From an uncultured Cytophagia bacterium (GTDB lineage: Bacteria; Zhuqueibacterota; Zhuqueibacteria; Oleimicrobiales; Geothermoviventaceae), in NCBI GenBank assembly GCA_964644845.1, contig CAZXXS010000078.1:3561-67560 (forward strand): DNA of 64,000 bases, read 5' to 3'. The notes under the pieces were generated by a model that did not search any database, had not been told where the DNA came from, and saw only the letters and a list, made by a program, of their open reading frames with translations. A program made the translations under genes and the position numbers. The stretch's first letter is position 1. Each line of letters starts with the position of its first letter. Below are positions 59,797-64,000 of the stretch, in pieces.

Positions 59797-60162
59797 TCAA
59801 CTTCCAGTCCGAGCACGCACCAGTTCGTTACCTTCGCCCAGCAAAACAATGGTCGGTCTCCAGTGCAGGACTTCGTCCTCGTGCACCAGACCGTAGGAAA
59901 GGATGATGATCCGGTCGCCCACCTGTCCGCGCCGCGCCAACGGTCCGTTCAGACAGACGGTTCCGGAACCACGCTCTCCCGGAATCAGGTAAGTCTCCGA
60001 CCGATCTCCATTGTTCAGGTTCAGAACCTGAACGCGTTCATTCGGATACAATCCCGCCACGTCCATCAAGTCTTCGTCCAGCGTCAGACTTCCTTCGTAC
60101 TCGAGTTCTGTCTGCGTTACAACAGCGCCCTGGATCTTGGCACGCAAGACCTGAATCAACAT
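59797..60162 (-). CDS. panD: Aspartate 1-decarboxylase proenzyme
   Basis: AKI...YEG|SLTLD self-cleavage site, NNGDRSETY, CLNGP; start ATG 60162. Confidence 0.9.
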   Translation of the reverse strand: MLIQVLRAKIQGAVVTQTELEYEGSLTLDEDLMDVAGLYPNERVQVLNLNNGDRSETYLIPGERGSGTVCLNGPLARRGQVGDRIIILSYGLVHEDEVLHWRPTIVLLGEGNELVRARTGS

Positions 60163-60853
60163 TGCCTCACACCTCAGTGCAGTTTCCGAGCAGGCGTACG
60201 GTTCCCCACCCAATCAGCATTTGTGCTTGCGAACAGCCTGACGAGCGAGCGTTTTGCCTCCAGCCCTACGCGTCACGTGTCCCCCAATTTCCACGGCAAC
60301 ACGCGGCTGCGCCGGGAAGGGAACGTCCGTGTCCGGGAGCAGCAGGGCCAAAACGCGTAGCCCAAGCCCGCTCGAAAAGGACGAATCCTTCGAGCCAAAT
60401 CGGTGTGCGCGCGATCCGAAATTTGAATTCACCAGCAGGGCTGAGACACACGCACTCGCCGCTGGGGGTAACTCCCACTCTGGAGCCGGAAAACTCACCC
60501 ACAGGGGCACTTTTCACCTTGAGTCATGCCAGGTTAAGTCCGGCTCTAACCTCAAAATTGTGACGGCCACCCAGATTGACCCGTCGATTGACCACCGAAA
60601 ACAGGCGCCAACCAAACATTTGGCGTCTGGCCGTACCATCGTACAGCGACGACCAGGCGAAAATCAGAACTGCAAAGTCGTCTCGGCCCAACTCCGTCAG
60701 GCCATCCAGGATCGAAAAAGGCACCACGCAACCGCAAACCACAGCGTGCAAAACGCTTCGCTGCCCCCCACCCGTGCCCTTCGCGGACTTCCTGAGGCCA
60801 ATTGGCGTACCACACAGCTGTTTCGAAGTCCCTGTCCGCCGGTAAGTTCTGCC

Positions 60854-61513
60854 TCAGTCGGCGTCGAAGCTCTGGCCCTCCGGTAACGTGTCGCCCTTGC
60901 GACCATTTTCCTGAGACCAGATGTAGTGAATCCGCTGAATCGCCGTGATGTTCGCCAGTACAGCGACAATCAGGATGGCCACAATCAGCAACACCTCGTG
61001 CAACAGCGCGCTCACGCCCAAGTACACAACACGTTCTGCCCGCTGCATGATGCCGATCTTGCACTCAAAACCAAGACCCTCAGCGCGCGCCCGCACGTAG
61101 CTCACCATCACCGAGCCCCCCATGGCCACCAAAATCGCCACCACAACCCACTCTTTGCCTGTCTGGAAGAAGTACAAAGCCATGCCGAGAAAAACCAGAA
61201 TCTCAGAGTAGCGATCCAGGGTCGAATCGTAGAGCGCGCCGAACCGCGTCACTTTGCCGGTGCCGCGGGCCACCCGACCGTCCAGCATGTCGCACACCCC
61301 GCCCAGCAACATCAGGGCCCCGCCCCAGTGGATGTGCCCGAAGGCAAACACCGCGGCTGCAATCACGTTGAGGCCGAATCCGACAGTGGTAAAGACGTTT
61401 GGGTTGACTTCCAGCTTGACGAAAAAGTCAATCAACGGCTGAATCAACCTTACGAAACCATCCCTAAGCGGCTGAGGAAGAATGTCTATTTTGATCTTTG
61501 CCGTCTCCGACAC
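60854..61513 (-). CDS. CDP-alcohol phosphatidyltransferase (phosphatidylinositol-phosphate synthase-like)
   Basis: PNVFT, DMLDGRVAR..G..TRFGALYDSTLDR signature; SYVRARAEGLG...GIMQRAER. Start GTG 61513 estimated (61594 possible). Confidence 0.88.
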   Translation of the reverse strand: MSETAKIKIDILPQPLRDGFVRLIQPLIDFFVKLEVNPNVFTTVGFGLNVIAAAVFAFGHIHWGGALMLLGGVCDMLDGRVARGTGKVTRFGALYDSTLDRYSEILVFLGMALYFFQTGKEWVVVAILVAMGGSVMVSYVRARAEGLGFECKIGIMQRAERVVYLGVSALLHEVLLIVAILIVAVLANITAIQRIHYIWSQENGRKGDTLPEGQSFDAD

Positions 61514-61547
61514 TTTAGGCGCCTCACTCTGGTCTTCGTCCACAGCG

Positions 61548-62282
61548 TCAGACGGAGCTTTCAATCCTGGCCCGACGCGTACAGCCTTCCACAATCAGAA
61601 CCATTTCGCCACGCAGCTTTCGGCCTTCCGCTACCCGGGCAAGTTCAGAAAGTGTTCCTCGCAGAATCTCCTCGTGAATTTTGGTCAGTTCACGCACCAC
61701 AACGGCTCGTCGGTCGCCCAAGAAATTGTGCAGATCGCGCAACGTCCTGAGCAACCGGTGAGGGCTTTCGTACAGCACAATCGTGCGCGGTTCCTCGACC
61801 AGCTGTTCGAGACGTTTCTGCCGGCCTTTCTTTGCCGGCAAAAAGCCTTCGAACACAAATCTGTCTGTCGGCAGACCCGAGACAACGAGTGCCGCCACAA
61901 AAGCTGTTGGTCCCGGAATCGGACTGACCGGTACACCCGTCTGGGCACAGAGACGAACCAGGTAGAAAGCGGGATCGGAGATCCCCGGCGTACCCGCGTC
62001 ACTAATCACGGCCACGCTCTGGCCCGCCTGGAGTCGTGCCACAAGCTCCGGGGCACGCCGTTCTTTGTTGTGATCGTGGTAGCTGACGAGCGGCGTCTCG
62101 ATTCCGTAGGCCTTGAGCAAACGTCGCGAGTGCCGCGTGTCTTCGGCCGCAATCACGTCCACAGCTTGCAGCACCTCCACGGCCCGGAATGTCACGTCCT
62201 GCAAATTGCCGATCGGGGTGCTGACGACGTACAACGTCCCTTTCTGAATCTTCGCACCCTTGTCGACGCCCTCACTCGTCAC
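61548..62282 (-). CDS. rsmI: 16S rRNA (cytidine(1402)-2'-O)-methyltransferase
   Basis: GTLYVVSTPIGNLQD, IAAEDTR, ISDAGTPGISDP, FEGFLP, YESPHR, RELTKIHEE. Confidence 0.96.
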   Translation of the reverse strand: MTSEGVDKGAKIQKGTLYVVSTPIGNLQDVTFRAVEVLQAVDVIAAEDTRHSRRLLKAYGIETPLVSYHDHNKERRAPELVARLQAGQSVAVISDAGTPGISDPAFYLVRLCAQTGVPVSPIPGPTAFVAALVVSGLPTDRFVFEGFLPAKKGRQKRLEQLVEEPRTIVLYESPHRLLRTLRDLHNFLGDRRAVVVRELTKIHEEILRGTLSELARVAEGRKLRGEMVLIVEGCTRRARIESSV

Positions 62283-62630
62283 AGCCGAGAACCGTTGGGG
62301 AACTGGTTTGTCTCACAGGGCCGCAGGGCCCTACCCATGCCGCACACGGAAACCGCCCAGCCCGCCTCCGCAGCAGCGCAAACTTCGTCACCTGGCTACA
62401 GCCCGACGCGTCAGCTTGTTTGCACTTCCCAGCCGTACCGTACCAAAAGCTGCACATCTGGTCCATTCCGCGTCAATTCCCCGCGACACACAAGTCCCCC
62501 CCACAAAACCCGCTAGCTCTTAGGCCCCAAACCCACTCCGCAGGTTCTCGCGCTCGTGGTAGCCTGGTGCGCGTCCAACCTGTCGCCATCGGCGCGTCGC
62601 CCACACCCGGGTCGCTTGGCCCATTCGTTT

Positions 62631-64000
62631 TCAGAGCTTGTACCGCGTGTCGTTCGGGCTTCGTCCCTTAGCCGGAGCCCGTTTCGGAAGCACTGAGCGC
62701 AACGTCTTGCGAATGATTTCCAGCCCCTTGCTCGCTTCTTCCTTGCTCAGGTTCAACGGCGGACGGAAGCGAACCGAACGGTCACCGCTGGCAAGAAGAA
62801 TCAACCCATTCTTGAGGGCCTTCTCCAGAAACGTGTTGCGGAGCTCTTTCGTTGGCAGGTCGAATGCGATGAAGAGCCCACGTCCTCGGACATTTGTCAT
62901 CTGGCCGTCCGTGTCCCGAGCCATGTCCAGAAGACCATCCAACAGGTACTCGCCCACTCTGGCGGCGTTTTCCACCAGGTTTTCTTCCTGAATAATCTCG
63001 AGGATTCGCGTAAAGCGCACCATGTCCACAAGGTTGCCGCCCCAGGTGGAATTGATGCGACTCGACTCCTGGAACACGTGGCCTTTCACCTCGTCCAGCC
63101 GTCTTCCCGCCAGAATGCCGCACACCTGCGTTTTTTTGCCAAACGCCATGATGTCGGGCTTCACACCGAAGTGCTCGTGGGCCCACATCTTCCCGGTCAG
63201 ACCAACGCCGGTTTGTACTTCGTCGAAAATTAGCAGGATCTCGTGTTCGTCGCAGATCCCGCGCAACGCCTTGAAAAACTCCGGCCGGAAGTGGTTGTCG
63301 CCGCCTTCACCCTGGATCGGTTCGATGATCAGAGCCGCAATGTCGTCCGGGTCTTGCGAGATGGCCTGACGGATTTGCCGCAGACTGACTTCCTCGGCTT
63401 CCTTTACCTTTGCCAGGTTCTCCTCGTTCAGAGGAAACGTGATTTTCGGATTGAGAACACGTGGCCAATTGAACTTCGGGAAGTACTGGTATTTGCGTGG
63501 ATCGCTCGTGTTCGTGAGCGACAGCGTGTAGCCCGAGCGCCCGTGAAAGGCTTCGCGAAAGTGAATTACCTTGTGCCCCTTCTCTTCGGTGTACCCCTTC
63601 TCGAAGTTCTTGCGAACCTTCCAGTCGAAAGCGGCTTTAAGCGCGTTTTCCACGGCGAGTGCACCGCCGTCGATCAAAAACATGTAAGGCAAGTAATCGG
63701 GGATGGCGTAGCGGGAAAAGGTTTCCACGAACTCGGCCATCTCGACCGTGTAGAAATCCGAATTTGAGGGCTTGTTGACTGCCACGCGCAACAGCTTCTT
63801 GCGCATGTCGGCCGTTTTTAGCTTGGGATGATTGTGTCCCACCGGAGCTGTGGCAAAGAACGTAAAAAAGTCGAGATACTTCTTCCCCGTCAGCGCGTCG
63901 ACGATGTAAGAGCCTTTGCTCCGATCCAGATCCAGCACCATGTCGAATCCATCCACAAGCATGTGCTTGCGGAGGATGGCGTGAACCTGGTCGGGCCGAA
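62631..64000 (-). CDS. lat: L-lysine 6-aminotransferase (class III PLP); 5' end lies beyond the window
   Basis: Frame open to the window edge (RPDQVHAILRKHMLVDG); NKPSNSD, GGALAVENALK, FHGRSGY, QGEGGDNH, DEVQTG, FGKKTQV, INSTWGGN. Confidence 0.93.
   Translation of the reverse strand, partial: RPDQVHAILRKHMLVDGFDMVLDLDRSKGSYIVDALTGKKYLDFFTFFATAPVGHNHPKLKTADMRKKLLRVAVNKPSNSDFYTVEMAEFVETFSRYAIPDYLPYMFLIDGGALAVENALKAAFDWKVRKNFEKGYTEEKGHKVIHFREAFHGRSGYTLSLTNTSDPRKYQYFPKFNWPRVLNPKITFPLNEENLAKVKEAEEVSLRQIRQAISQDPDDIAALIIEPIQGEGGDNHFRPEFFKALRGICDEHEILLIFDEVQTGVGLTGKMWAHEHFGVKPDIMAFGKKTQVCGILAGRRLDEVKGHVFQESSRINSTWGGNLVDMVRFTRILEIIQEENLVENAARVGEYLLDGLLDMARDTDGQMTNVRGRGLFIAFDLPTKELRNTFLEKALKNGLILLASGDRSVRFRPPLNLSKEEASKGLEIIRKTLRSVLPKRAPAKGRSPNDTRYKL

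Noticed and set aside
60783-60797. RNase P-like CAGGAAGTCCG on the minus strand (also an AAAATCCCGGCTTA-like motif near 20615)
   Set aside because: Not the GAGGAAAGTCC consensus, and no matching 3' motif at a suitable distance on the same strand.
60854-61513. Di-myo-inositol phosphate (DIP) synthase as the function of the CDP-alcohol transferase
   Set aside because: No fused or adjacent IPCT cytidylyltransferase, and the motifs fit PIP synthase better; not fully excluded.

Overview
A 64-kb chromosomal segment of a GC-rich (roughly 60% by eye), diderm, probably anaerobic bacterium of the FCB superphylum. The FlgD/T9SS-type C-terminal domains, DUF6029 barrel, Bacteroidota-type MIPS, lat and ppdK suggest a KSB1/Calditrichota-like organism (inference). 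It is mostly core and envelope genes: a lipid A operon (gnnA-like, ICMT/LmtA-like methyltransferase, lpxB, DUF374/LpxJ-like, lpxK), two paralogous multidomain secreted amidases flanking a TolB-like propeller, tRNA-Ser(CGA), a Tat-type dipeptide epimerase, an exported CbiX-like protein, a GH31 sugar operon, CLC, a PNPOx-MenA fusion, ychF, ppdK, ctpA, tmk, ino1, panD, a PIP-synthase-like gene, rsmI and a 5'-truncated lat. The supplied ORF track breaks three genes at in-frame UGA codons. These are selenoproteins, each with a hairpin starting exactly 11 nt after the UGA: two tandem peroxiredoxins (one exported) and a UxxC redoxin fused to a surface-secretion CTD. The redoxin is clustered with an exported TlpA and an outer-membrane DUF6029 barrel bearing a CxxxxC loop, which is the best candidate for an undescribed trans-envelope redox system. 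I found no CRISPR array, transposase or integrase. No databases were searched: family names come from motif recognition.
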